Of a DNA stretch of 64,000 nucleotides, positions 28,583-39,085 are shown piece by piece. The position numbers and the translations under genes were made by a program. This stretch comes from an uncultured Nitrospinota bacterium (GTDB taxonomy: Bacteria; Tectomicrobia; Entotheonellia; J063; CAVPRW01), in contig CAVPRW010000017.1 of NCBI GenBank assembly GCA_963707985.1, positions 128,001-192,000 on the forward strand, read 5' to 3'. Each line of letters opens with the position of its first letter. Within the stretch, counting starts at the first letter, position 1. The notes under the pieces are model-generated. The model was not told the origin of the DNA. It ran no database searches and worked only from the letters and a program-made list of their open reading frames with translations.

Positions 28583-30796
28583 GTGCGGTTGATGGGGAAG
28601 CCCGTGTTGATGGGTCTGGGCTGTACGTTTATCTTTGCTCTGGTCGTTCTAGGCGCGTGTACCAATAATCCTTACCGATCCAGTGAAGCAGGGCGGAACA
28701 TCTATTACGATACGTTTCACGAAGAGCCGAAGCACCTGGACCCGGCCCGGGCCTATTCTACTGACGAATACCTGTTGATCAACCAGATCTACGAACCGGT
28801 TGTGCAGTACCACTACCTGCAGCAACCATACACGCTGGTCCCTCTCACCGCGGAGTCTGTCCCGGTACCGCAGCCTCACGACAAAGACGGTCAAGCCCTC
28901 TCCCCCAATGACCCGGCCGCGGACGTGGCAGGCGTCGTCTATGAGATCAGGTTGCGTCCTGGTATCCAGTATCAGGACCATGCCAGTTTTGCACAGGCGC
29001 AGGACGGTACGTACCTCTGGCATCTACCGCCAGGAGCGTCATTCCCGCCCGTCGAGCATCCGGACGCACTGCCAGCCAAGGGCACACGGGAGCTGCGTGC
29101 AGCAGACTACGTTTACCAGATCAAACGTCTGGCGCATCCCCTGATCGAGTGCCCAATTTTTCCCCTGCTGGCGAACTATATCGAGGGCTTTACGGCATTT
29201 CGCCAGATACTCGCGGCGGAGATCGCGCAGACCCGTGCTGCACGTCGGCAGGCCGCAGGAGTATTCTATAACCAGGAGGCCGATGAGCGCACGAACCCGA
29301 TCTTTATTGATCTGCGGCAGTACGATCTCTCGGGTGTGAAAATCGTCGATGATCTGACGTTTCGCCTCACACTGACGAAACCATATCCGCAGTTTCTCTA
29401 CTGGTTAGCCATGCCCTTCTTTGCTCCCATGCCTTGGGAGGTCGACCGCTTTTACACACAGTCGGCTGCCGCGGCGCGAAATCTCACTCTCGATCGCTTC
29501 CCGGTGGGGACAGGCCCGTTCACACTGGCGGTCTATCAGCCAAACTACCGCATCGTGCTGCAGCGCAATGCGCATGTTCATCCAGAAACATATCCTACCG
29601 AAGGCTCTCCTGAGAATGCCGCACGTGGGCTCTTGGCCGACCGGGGGAAACCCCTGCCGTTCCTCGAAGAGGCCGTCTATATGCTCGAGAAGGAAAGTGT
29701 GCCGCGTTGGAATAAATTTCTGCAAGGCTACTACGATGACTCCGGCATCAGTTCCGATGTGTTCGACCAGGCTGTCCGGATATCGGCCGCAGGGGCTGCG
29801 GATCTCACCGACACCTTGCGCACCAAGGGCATCCGCCTGGAGACCGAGGTCGCACCAACGACGTTCTACTATGCCTTCAACATGCTCGATGATGTTGTCG
29901 GCGGCTACGACATGAACAAGCGCAAGCTTCGTCAGGCGCTGTCGATCGCGCTCAATATCGAGGAGTACATTCAGATCTTTCGGAACGGTCGGGGCATTGC
30001 CGCGCAGAGTCCCATTCCTCCGGGCATCTTCGGGTATCAGGATGGCCCCGAGGGGATCAACCCCAACATCTATGAGTGGGATGAGCAGCTCAGAAGCCCG
30101 CGCCGCAAGGACCTCAAGACCGCCAAGAGACTCCTCGCTGAGGCGGGCTACGGTGACGGCAAACCCCTCGTGCTCTTCTTCGACACCGTGGCTGGCGGTC
30201 CCGAGTCCAAAGCGTTCCTCGATTGGTTGCGGAAGCAGTTTGCCGCGATTGGCGTGCAGCTCCAGGTGCGCACCACGGACTACAATCAATTTCAAACAAA
30301 AGTCCTGCAAGGGAATTTTCAACTGATTCAATGGGGCTGGAATGCGGATTACCCGGATCCGGAAAACTTTCTGTTCCTACTATACGGTCCGAACGCGAAG
30401 GTCACGTCCCAGGGTGAGAATGCCGCGAATTACGATAATCCCCAATTTAACCAACTGTTTCACCGCGCGGAGAACATGGTCAATTCGGCAGAGCGTGCCG
30501 TCCTGATCCGGGAAATGCTCGCCATTGCTCAGGCCGACGCGCCCTGGATTTGGGGCTTTCATGCGGTGGACTACGGACTCTACCATGCCTGGCAGCACAA
30601 TACGAAGCCCCTTACCTTTGGCGGCAACACCCTGAAATACAAACGTATCGATCCAGACCTTCGCGAACAGAGCCGGAGGGCTTGGAATCAGCCGATCACC
30701 GCACCACTCTGGGGAGCGTTGGCGGTGCTGGTTTTAACCACGATTCCGGCGACCATAAGTATTTACAGACGACAACGCCGGGTGCCCCAACCATGA
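28583..30796 (+). CDS. Peptide/nickel ABC transporter substrate-binding lipoprotein (family 5) with a C-terminal TM segment
   Basis: Lipobox LGAC, LDPARAY, PVGTGPF, GWNADYPDPENF. Confidence 0.9.
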   Translation: MRLMGKPVLMGLGCTFIFALVVLGACTNNPYRSSEAGRNIYYDTFHEEPKHLDPARAYSTDEYLLINQIYEPVVQYHYLQQPYTLVPLTAESVPVPQPHDKDGQALSPNDPAADVAGVVYEIRLRPGIQYQDHASFAQAQDGTYLWHLPPGASFPPVEHPDALPAKGTRELRAADYVYQIKRLAHPLIECPIFPLLANYIEGFTAFRQILAAEIAQTRAARRQAAGVFYNQEADERTNPIFIDLRQYDLSGVKIVDDLTFRLTLTKPYPQFLYWLAMPFFAPMPWEVDRFYTQSAAAARNLTLDRFPVGTGPFTLAVYQPNYRIVLQRNAHVHPETYPTEGSPENAARGLLADRGKPLPFLEEAVYMLEKESVPRWNKFLQGYYDDSGISSDVFDQAVRISAAGAADLTDTLRTKGIRLETEVAPTTFYYAFNMLDDVVGGYDMNKRKLRQALSIALNIEEYIQIFRNGRGIAAQSPIPPGIFGYQDGPEGINPNIYEWDEQLRSPRRKDLKTAKRLLAEAGYGDGKPLVLFFDTVAGGPESKAFLDWLRKQFAAIGVQLQVRTTDYNQFQTKVLQGNFQLIQWGWNADYPDPENFLFLLYGPNAKVTSQGENAANYDNPQFNQLFHRAENMVNSAERAVLIREMLAIAQADAPWIWGFHAVDYGLYHAWQHNTKPLTFGGNTLKYKRIDPDLREQSRRAWNQPITAPLWGALAVLVLTTIPATISIYRRQRRVPQP

Positions 30797-32112
30797 TGAC
30801 GTATATCATCCGCCGCTGTCTCTATGCTATTCCGGTGCTGTTCGGTGTGAATGTCCTGGTATTTATCCTGTTCTTCTTCGTCAATTCTCCAGACCAGATG
30901 GCGCGCGCACACCTGGGCCAGAAGCGGGTGACGCCGGAACAAGTCGATGCGTGGAAGCGCGAGCGCTTACTGCATCTGCCCTATTTTTACAATGCTGGCT
31001 GGCGCCGTATCGGCTCTCTACCAGCCGTTGAGAGCGACAATACGGCCGAGTTTCCCACCGCGGGTAGCGGTGAGTACGCGCTTGTAATCGAAGCCCCTGC
31101 CACGCAAAAAGCTTTGCCGCAGCGCACCGTGCGGCTGCAAAGCTCGTCACCGGAGCGGCTCATCCTGCCCGCAGACTTCGACGTGCACGGCACGCTGAGC
31201 CTCTCATCCGATACGCCGACACGTCGCTTATTGCTGCACCTCACGCCCGGAGAATCACGCCCACCACCGGTGCTGCGCATTACTTTCACGCTCGAGGCCC
31301 CGGCCCCAACGCACCGCGTCTTACTGGAATACAAGGAGCCACTACCTCTCGTGTCCCGCTTGACACAGACGATCTTCTTCCAGCGCTCGGTGAAGATGTT
31401 AGCGTTTCAGTATGGTACCTCGGACGATGGCAAAGACATCGGGGCTGAAATCCTCAAGCGCATCGGCCCGAGTTTGAGCATCACCGTGCCGGCTTTTGTC
31501 CTGGGCTTATGCCTTGAGATTGTCCTGGCCATGGGGATTGCCGTGTACCGGGGGACATATGTCGATTACTGGGGGCTCATCGTCTGTGTGCTCATGATGT
31601 CGATCTCGACTCTCTTTTATATCATGGGTGGCCAGGTGGTGCTGGGGCAGCTCTTACGCCTTGTGCCGATCTCGGGGTTCGACTTCGGCCCATATGGAGT
31701 GAAGTTCATTGCACTCCCTGTGATTATCGCCGTCTTTGCCGGGCTGGGGGGTAACGTGCGCTTTTACCGCACGATCTTTTTGGAAGAAATGCAGCGTGAC
31801 TACGTGCGCACGGCGCGCGCCAAAGGCATGCCAGAGTCGACCGTGCTCTTTATCCACGCCTTGAAGAACGCCATGATTCCCATTCTGACCGGGGTGGTCG
31901 TCAGTCTGCCCTTTCTGTTTGCCGGGAGTCTCTTGCTGGAATCGTTCTTCGCGATTCCAGGGATGGGTTCATTCATGCTTGAAGCCATCCAGCGCCAGGA
32001 CTTTGCCGTGGTGCAGGCCCTGGTTTCCCTGGGGTCATTTCTGTACATTGTCGGCCTGCTGCTTACCGACATCAGTTATACCCTGGTCGACCCACGGGTG
32101 CACTTGGAGTGA
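30793..32112 (+). CDS. Peptide ABC transporter permease (OppB/DppB-like) with a large extracytoplasmic insert
   Basis: YIIRR, DYVRTARAKG, HALKNA, DISYTLVDPR. Confidence 0.9.
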   Translation: MMTYIIRRCLYAIPVLFGVNVLVFILFFFVNSPDQMARAHLGQKRVTPEQVDAWKRERLLHLPYFYNAGWRRIGSLPAVESDNTAEFPTAGSGEYALVIEAPATQKALPQRTVRLQSSSPERLILPADFDVHGTLSLSSDTPTRRLLLHLTPGESRPPPVLRITFTLEAPAPTHRVLLEYKEPLPLVSRLTQTIFFQRSVKMLAFQYGTSDDGKDIGAEILKRIGPSLSITVPAFVLGLCLEIVLAMGIAVYRGTYVDYWGLIVCVLMMSISTLFYIMGGQVVLGQLLRLVPISGFDFGPYGVKFIALPVIIAVFAGLGGNVRFYRTIFLEEMQRDYVRTARAKGMPESTVLFIHALKNAMIPILTGVVVSLPFLFAGSLLLESFFAIPGMGSFMLEAIQRQDFAVVQALVSLGSFLYIVGLLLTDISYTLVDPRVHLE

Positions 32113-33497
32113 CGATCATGCATGGGTGGGGTGTACAGCCGGTGGTGCTGTGGAGCGACCTCCTCATCTACACGCTGTTTGGCGTGGGGACCCTGTGGTT
32201 GACGTTGGCACTGCGGCGGGAGTACTGGCGTGTGGCGCTGCGTCAAATCGCCACCCAGCGTGTGGCCATGCTGAGCTTGGTCATTCTCTGCCTCTACGGG
32301 GCTGTGGGCTTCCTGGACACACTGCATTTCCGCGTGAGCCTATCTCCCGGTCCCAACATGGGACGTATCCAGAGCGTCCTCGATCTGATCTGCACCTCTC
32401 TCATCGTGCGCACGGAGAAGACGTATTCTGCTCCTTTCGCGACACACCTCTATACCAAGGAGACGATGCTGACGCCTGATGGTCGCCAGATCCGTGACTA
32501 CCCGCGCTTGCAGTACGCGGGGCTCCACCTGGGTGAGAGCCCCGCACGATGGGCGGACATCAGGGAGCGTCTCGCGACCGGACTGGGGTGGGGGCTCGGA
32601 ATCGGCACTGGCTTGCTCCTCGGGCTTCTAGGTCTGCGGGCCTTGTGGTGGGGGCGCACCTCTCCCGCCGAGGCCGCCAAGCAGGCGCGGTGGATAGGAG
32701 GCGGCCTGTGGACCGTGGGGTTGTTGACGGCGTTGGCTGTGCTGGTAGCGGAACTGGTCGTCCTCAATGGCGGCTATCACGTGCTCGGAACCGACAAGGC
32801 CGGGCAGGACGTGCTCTATTTGGCGCTCAAGAGCATTCGGACGGGCTTGATTATCGGCACCCTGACGACGCTCATCGTGACGCCGTTTGCCCTCTTGTTC
32901 GGCGTGCTGGCCGGCTATTTTGGCGGGTGGGTGGACGACGTGGTGCAATACGTCTACACCACCATCTCGTCTATCCCTGATATCCTGCTGATTGCCGCGG
33001 CCATGCTGATGTTGCAAGTCGGTCTGACGGCCCGGGACACCACACTGTCTGCCGATGAGCGGCTGGTCTATCTCTGCATCATCATGGGCATCACGTCCTG
33101 GACAGAGCTTTGTCGGCTTCTGAGGGCAGAGGTGCTGAAGTTACGTGAAATCGAGTATGTCCAGGCCGCGGATGCATTCGGCGTCGCCCGCCCCACCATC
33201 ATGCTGCGACATCTGGTGCCCAACGTCATGCACATTGTGCTGATCTCCGTCATCTTGCGTTTTAGTGGGCTCGTCCTCGCCGAGGCAGTGCTCGCTTACG
33301 TGGGTATTGGTGTGGATCCCTCCATGCAATCTTGGGGCAACATGATCAACCAGGCGCGACTGGAGCTCGCACGTGACCCTATCGTCTGGTGGAATCTCTG
33401 TGCCGCCCTGGTCTTCACGCTTGGCCTGGTGCTGCCGGCAAACGTGTTTGGAGACGCCGTCCGGGATGCCCTGGACCCACGATTAAGGATGCGGTGA
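32109..33497 (+). CDS. Peptide ABC transporter permease (OppC/DppC-like)
   Basis: HVLGTDKAGQD, EYVQAA..FG, RHLVPN, GDAVRDALDPR. Confidence 0.9.
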   Translation: MTIMHGWGVQPVVLWSDLLIYTLFGVGTLWLTLALRREYWRVALRQIATQRVAMLSLVILCLYGAVGFLDTLHFRVSLSPGPNMGRIQSVLDLICTSLIVRTEKTYSAPFATHLYTKETMLTPDGRQIRDYPRLQYAGLHLGESPARWADIRERLATGLGWGLGIGTGLLLGLLGLRALWWGRTSPAEAAKQARWIGGGLWTVGLLTALAVLVAELVVLNGGYHVLGTDKAGQDVLYLALKSIRTGLIIGTLTTLIVTPFALLFGVLAGYFGGWVDDVVQYVYTTISSIPDILLIAAAMLMLQVGLTARDTTLSADERLVYLCIIMGITSWTELCRLLRAEVLKLREIEYVQAADAFGVARPTIMLRHLVPNVMHIVLISVILRFSGLVLAEAVLAYVGIGVDPSMQSWGNMINQARLELARDPIVWWNLCAALVFTLGLVLPANVFGDAVRDALDPRLRMR

Positions 33498-33501
33498 ACG
33501 C

Positions 33502-35540
33502 ATGCTGCTGCAAGTGCGCGATCTCAAGACCTACTTCCACACTGAAACCGGCCCTGCTCGCGCTGTCGATGGTGTGTCGTTCGACATTGAGGCGGGGGAG
33601 ACGTTCTGCCTGGTGGGCGAGTCAGGGTGTGGGAAGAGTCTGACCGCCCTGTCGATCATGCAACTCGTGCCACAGCCAGCGGGGTATTATGCGGGGGGCG
33701 CTCTGGTGTATAAGGGGCGCGATCTCATGCGACTCCCAGAGACTGAAAAACGCCGGCTACGTGGCCGAGAGATCGCCATGATCTTTCAGGAGCCGATGAC
33801 TTCGCTCAATCCTGTGCTCACGGTCGGCTATCAGCTCATGGAGCCTCTGCGCCATCACCAGCGTCTGTCCGAATCCGCCGCACGTGCCAAGGCGCTGGAC
33901 CTGCTGGCCCAGGTGTACATCCCCGATCCCGAACAGCGGTTCGCGGCATATCCACACCAATTATCCGGTGGGATGAAGCAGCGGGTGATGATTGCCATGG
34001 CTCTTGCCTGTGAACCAGGGCTGCTTGATTGCGGACGAACCGACCACGGCGGTCGATGTCACGGTGCAGGCTGAAATTCTTGCCTTAATGAAAACCCTCC
34101 AGGTGCACAAAGGTACGGCCATTTTGCTCATTACACATGACCTCGGCATTGTTGCCGAGGTGGCCGACCGGGTGGCCGTCATGTATGCTGGCCGCATCGT
34201 CGAATTAGCCTGCCGCGACGACCTCCTCCACAACCCCGCCCACCCGTACACTATCAAGCTGATGCAGTCTCTCCCGTCCCGCACCCGACGCGACCAGGCC
34301 TTGCATACCATCGAGGGGCGCGTCCCACCCGCTCATGCACTGCCCCCAGGGTGCCGTTTTGCACCACGCTGTCACATGGTGCAGGCAGCTTGCTGGCAGG
34401 TCGATCCGAAACTCATACCCATCGACACCAATCATACCGCGGCCTGTATTCTCTATGATGCCGACCGCCAGGGGCGATCCTCTACTCCGGCGCAGGTTCG
34501 CGTCCCGCCCATGCCACGCCCGCGTCCACCCGGGCACGTGACGGTCACTTCCCTGCTCCAACTTGTAGGTGTACAGGTGTACTTCCCGATCCGACACGGT
34601 ATGCTGCAGCGTGTCAGTGGGTACGTTAAGGCCGTGGATGGAGTTGATCTGGACATACGTCGTGGGCAAACGCTGGCTCTTGTGGGCGAATCAGGATGTG
34701 GCAAGACGACACTGGGGAAAGCACTACTCCAACTGATCCGGCCGACCGCTGGGCGTGTTCTGTTGGAGGGCTATGACCTTACCGTACTTTCGCGCCGCGC
34801 TTTGCACCCCTATCGCCGCCGGCTGCAAATTATCTTCCAGGATCCTTTCGCAGCGCTGGACCCGCGCATGATGGTCGGGGAGATCGTGATGGAGGGCATG
34901 GCCGCGCACGGCATTGGTGCAAGCCGTCAGGAACGCGAGGAGCGTGTCAAAACGATTCTTATCCAGGTGGGGCTCGATCCCGCGATGATACACCGCTATC
35001 CGCACGAGTTCTCGGGTGGACAGCGGCAACGCATCGGTATTGCACGATGCCTCGCCGTCGAGCCCGATTTCCTCGTCTGTGACGAGGCCACCAGCGCCCT
35101 TGACGTCTCCGTACAGGCACAGATCCTCAACCTCCTGGCCCAACTCCAGGCCGACCTGGGGCTGACGTATCTGTTCATCACCCACAATCTGGGGGTTGTC
35201 GAGTACCTGGCGGACGAGATCGCCGTGATGTATCTTGGGCGTATTGTCGAGCGTGGCACGACCCAGGAGGTGTTCGATCGCCCCAGTCATCCCTACACAC
35301 AGGCGTTGCTCGCTGCCGTGCCCAAGCTAGACCCCGACACGGGCATGGAAAAGATCCGCCTCGCCGGAGATGTCCCTTCTCCGATCACGACCACCCAGCG
35401 GTTGTCATTTCCATCCACGCTGTCCCCATGCCATGCCTCAGTGCCGAGTGCAATACCCACCAGCGTATCGACGCTCCGCATCGCATACGGTCAATTGCTT
35501 TCTTTACGAGGCCGTCGACGCGCCTGAAGAGATCGCCTAG
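33502..35540 (+). CDS. Fused two-domain peptide ABC ATPase (OppDF-like); +1 frameshifts near 34026 and 35390
   Basis: Two Walker A motifs ([16 protein letters not shown]), LSGGMKQR and FSGGQRQR; corrected frames restore LLIADEPT and [12 protein letters not shown] ending at TAG 35540. Confidence 0.88.
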
Positions 35541-35904
35541 TCAGCGCAACTATCTGCTCAAATCTTCGACGTCGCGGCACCATGAGATTCGTACATTCGG
35601 TCACTCCGACAGAGTGGCTGTTCTGCTCGATCGCACCGACACAATAGCTCATACGACAAGGTGCTGAGGTAACTCGGCCACACATTTCCACGCAGTGGAC
35701 TGGACAGCCCAGCACGACTCCGCTATGCTCATTGAAGTAGGGCTTGATACGCAGCTGGCAGCACGTTTTTGCCACGCACAACAGCTGCGTGATCGTGAGC
35801 GCGGCGCCAAGAGGGCGAGGGATACCGATTACCTTGGAGCCCTCGGGTTGATGTAGGCACACGTCGCCGAGGAGACCTCGTGTGAAGGTGGAGGGTCCAC
35901 CAGC

Positions 35905-37221
35905 ATGAGACAGATGCACCTGTGCGGCTTCCTTATCGCCGGGCCGGTCAGCCACAGCCACGCTATCTGGCGGAACCCTGCGCACGATGTCGAATTCCTC
36001 GACCTCGACTTCTACCTGGGCATCGCCAGGACGCTTGAACGCGGGAAGTTCGACTTCGTCTTCTTCGCCGACCGACTCGGGGTCTCGGACCGCTACGGCC
36101 TGGACCTCGAGGTCGGCATCAGATTCGGCGATCAGGACGCGACGCGCCTCGATCCGGTGCCGATCCTGGGAGCGATGGCGGCGGTGACGCGCCATCTGGG
36201 GCTCGGAGCCACACGGTCCACGACCTACGATCAGCCATATCATGTGGCGCGTGAGTTTGCTACGCTCGATCACCTCTCGGGTGGACGGGCCGCTTGGAAT
36301 GTGGTCACGTCTATGCATGACGGAGAAGCGCTGAACTTTGGGATTGAAGCACACCTCGACCACGATCAGCGGTATGACCGCGCCGACGAGTTCGTTGAGC
36401 TGACTTACAAGCTCTGGAGCAGCTGGGACGGTGACGCCCTCATACTCGATAAGGCACGCGGCATTTACGCCGATCCGAACAGGGTCCACTATGTCAACCA
36501 TGAAGGCCGCTGGTTTCGCTCGCGTGGTCCGCTCAACATCCCCACCACGCCCCAGGCACGCCCGGTTGTCATCCAGGCCGGATCGTCAGGCCGTGGCAAA
36601 GCGTTTGCAGCGCGCTGGGCCGACGTGATCTTCACGATTCAGCACACGCCGGAGCAGATGAAGCGCTTTTACGACGACGTGCACGGTCAACTTCCCGATG
36701 TCGGCCGTCGTCCCGAAGACTGTAAGATTCTGACGGCAATCATGCCGTTCGTTGGCGCGACACGCGCCGAGGCGGAACGCAAGCGCGACGAGCACAATGC
36801 CTTGATTCATCCGCTCGTCGGCCTCGCCACCCTGTCGAGTCATAGCAATATCGACTTCTCAACGCACAACCCCGAAGAGCCCATTGCACACGTGCAATCC
36901 AGCGGGACGCAAGGGCTCTTTGCCTCCGTGTTGCGCCTGACACACGAGCAGGGGCTGACGCTGGCGGATATCGGCATGCTGTACGGTCGCGGAGTCCTTG
37001 TCCCGCAAATCGCCGGAACAGCCGCCGAGATCGCCGACTATATGCAGGCGATCGTTGCGGCGGAGGCCAGTGACGGCTTCGTCATCTCACCGGCGTTTCT
37101 GCCTGATTCGTTCGAAGAGTTCGTCGATCAGGTCGTCCCGGAATTGCAGCGGCGCGACATCTTTCGCAAGGAGTACAGCGGCCGCCGTCTGCGGGATCAC
37201 CTCGCGTTAGCGACCCCTTAG
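35905..37221 (+). CDS. NtaA/SnaA/DszA-family FMNH2-dependent monooxygenase (LLM class)
   Basis: ERGKFDFVFFAD, FATLDHLSGGRAAWNVVTS, PVVIQAGSS. Confidence 0.92.
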   Translation: MRQMHLCGFLIAGPVSHSHAIWRNPAHDVEFLDLDFYLGIARTLERGKFDFVFFADRLGVSDRYGLDLEVGIRFGDQDATRLDPVPILGAMAAVTRHLGLGATRSTTYDQPYHVAREFATLDHLSGGRAAWNVVTSMHDGEALNFGIEAHLDHDQRYDRADEFVELTYKLWSSWDGDALILDKARGIYADPNRVHYVNHEGRWFRSRGPLNIPTTPQARPVVIQAGSSGRGKAFAARWADVIFTIQHTPEQMKRFYDDVHGQLPDVGRRPEDCKILTAIMPFVGATRAEAERKRDEHNALIHPLVGLATLSSHSNIDFSTHNPEEPIAHVQSSGTQGLFASVLRLTHEQGLTLADIGMLYGRGVLVPQIAGTAAEIADYMQAIVAAEASDGFVISPAFLPDSFEEFVDQVVPELQRRDIFRKEYSGRRLRDHLALATP

Positions 37222-37254
37222 GGTGGACTGGACGAGGGATTGGAGCGAGGAGAC

Positions 37255-38115
37255 ATGCTAACCCTACTGCATATCTCTGACCTGCACTTCGGGCCTTTGT
37301 ATGTTCCCACTGTCGGGGACGCCCTGATCGAGGCGGCGCATCGGCTCCGCCCGGCTGTTATTGTGGCCAGCGGCGATTTTACGCAGAGGGCGAAGCCGGA
37401 AGAGTTTCTCGCCGCACGCCAGTACCTCGACCGCTTACCCCCGGCTACCCAGGTGCTGGTTCCCGGGAACCATGATGTGCCCCTGTTTCGAATGTTTGAT
37501 CGCCTGGTGGCCCCTTATGCCCTGTTTCGCGAGCACCTCACCGAGAGGCTCGACGCCATCGTCTCACGCCCCGATGCCGTGATCGTGGCCCTGAATTCGA
37601 CGTCGCCGACGCGCGCCCTCACCAACGGACGCATCCGCCGCCGGCAGCTCGACCTGTGTGCTGAGGCCTTCGCCGCTGCCCCGAAGGGCTCTGTTCGCAT
37701 GGTCGTCACACACCATCATTGGGCGCCGGTGCCTGACTATGGAAAAAGCGAAGTCATGCCTGGGGCGAAACAGGCGCTGGATACCTTGACAGGTCTAGGC
37801 GTCGATCTAATCTTAACTGGGCACCTGCATCGTGCCTCTATCATCAATTCTCTCGACGTGTATGCCGGTCAGGACCGCAATCACGGCATCCTCATCGTCC
37901 AGTGCGGCACATCGACGTCACGGCGCGGGCGCGCCCGCGAGCGCGAAAAAAACTCCTTCAACTGGATCCAGATCACCGACCGCAACATCCGCATCACCCA
38001 CTACATGTACTTCGCGGAGGCCGGCGGTTTTGCGCCGATAAGTCGTCATCTGTTCCCACGGGCCCGCCAGCCATACTTCCAGAAGCCCCTAACGTCCCTA
38101 GCGTCGTCAAGCTAA
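37255..38115 (+). CDS. Metallophosphoesterase (CpdA/Icc-like)
   Basis: HISDLHFG, SGDFTQRA, PGNHD, THH, GHLH. Confidence 0.88.
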   Translation: MLTLLHISDLHFGPLYVPTVGDALIEAAHRLRPAVIVASGDFTQRAKPEEFLAARQYLDRLPPATQVLVPGNHDVPLFRMFDRLVAPYALFREHLTERLDAIVSRPDAVIVALNSTSPTRALTNGRIRRRQLDLCAEAFAAAPKGSVRMVVTHHHWAPVPDYGKSEVMPGAKQALDTLTGLGVDLILTGHLHRASIINSLDVYAGQDRNHGILIVQCGTSTSRRGRAREREKNSFNWIQITDRNIRITHYMYFAEAGGFAPISRHLFPRARQPYFQKPLTSLASSS

Positions 38116-38308
38116 GGCCTGCACACCGTGGATTTTCCTCTCGTGACATCGTCCTCCACCCGGCCCTCCCTCTCTTCGGATGACGGTCATGCAAGCACAG
38201 GAGTTCCGCAATTCGGAAGATGATTGATCTGAGTGACGATCCCAGGAGTCATGCTCACAGGCTCGACCAAGAGGACCGCCTTCATTGCACCCCTTCCCGA
38301 GGGGAGAC

Positions 38309-38909
38309 TCATGCCGGTGAGACCGCGGTTAGCCGGGTGTAATCCGCCCAGGTGTTCACATCGCCGGGGTAGGGCTGGTCGACCTCGACCTCGTGCACCC
38401 ACTCGGGATGGGCATCACAGAGCTTCCAGACGCCTTTGTCCCCGTGAAGTGCTTTGAGTTCTCCGAACAACGCCTTGGCAAAGAGCATCGGATGCCCTGA
38501 GCGACCACGATACGAGACACGCACGATTGGCCGCTGTGTGTGTCGCCACCCCTCGACGACAGCGGCGATGGTCTTGGACTCGATCCCCGGTTGATCTCCC
38601 AAAATCAGGACTACCGCTGCTGATTGCGGGTGCAACGCTTCCAGGCCAGCACGGATGGAAGAGGTACAACCCTCATGAAAATCAGGTGCCTCCACAAACC
38701 TCGCGCGTTGCAGAGCCACGTGGCGACGAATCGCTGTCCGCCTCATGGCCCACGACGACAACCACTTCATCGAGAATGGAGTCCTCTGCACGCCGCACCA
38801 CCCAGCCGAGCATGGTCGTATCCTGCCACGGGAGCAGCTGTTTCGTTTGCTCTGCCAGACGACTCGAGGTTCCTGCCGCGAGCACTAAACCCGACACCAC
38901 ACCGCTCAT
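38309..38909 (-). CDS. mocA: Molybdenum cofactor cytidylyltransferase (MocA-like); +1 frameshift near 38738
   Basis: LVLAAGTSSRL..KQLLPW, SSIRAGL, LGDQP, GHPMLF, GDKG, DVNT; downstream of coxL. Confidence 0.8.
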
Positions 38910-39051
38910 ACCCGCACCTCCTGCGCCAGGTATTTTCCGGGGTCCTTCTCAAAGCTCGTTTTGCACAAGGCCTTACAGCAAATAATAGGTCAGACCTGCG
39001 AAAGTCGGCACGATGCCGAGCCGTCTGAGGATCGACGGTGCCGGTAATCAT
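38906..39051 (-). pseudogene. YHS-domain remnant or micro-gene (frameshifted)
   Basis: Piecing frames gives VDPQTARHRADF-AGLTYY-CC..CKTSFEKDPGKYL; stop overlaps the mocA ATG. Confidence 0.65.
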
Positions 39052-39085
39052 CCCTTTGACCCCTCCTCCGGTCGCTTGCAGTGAA

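Noticed and set aside
35690..35904. SAM-I riboswitch (contains GGTGGAGGG and GGACTGG)
   Set aside because: The sub-motifs are in the wrong order and the ATC..GAG, GCAACC and GTGC core is absent.
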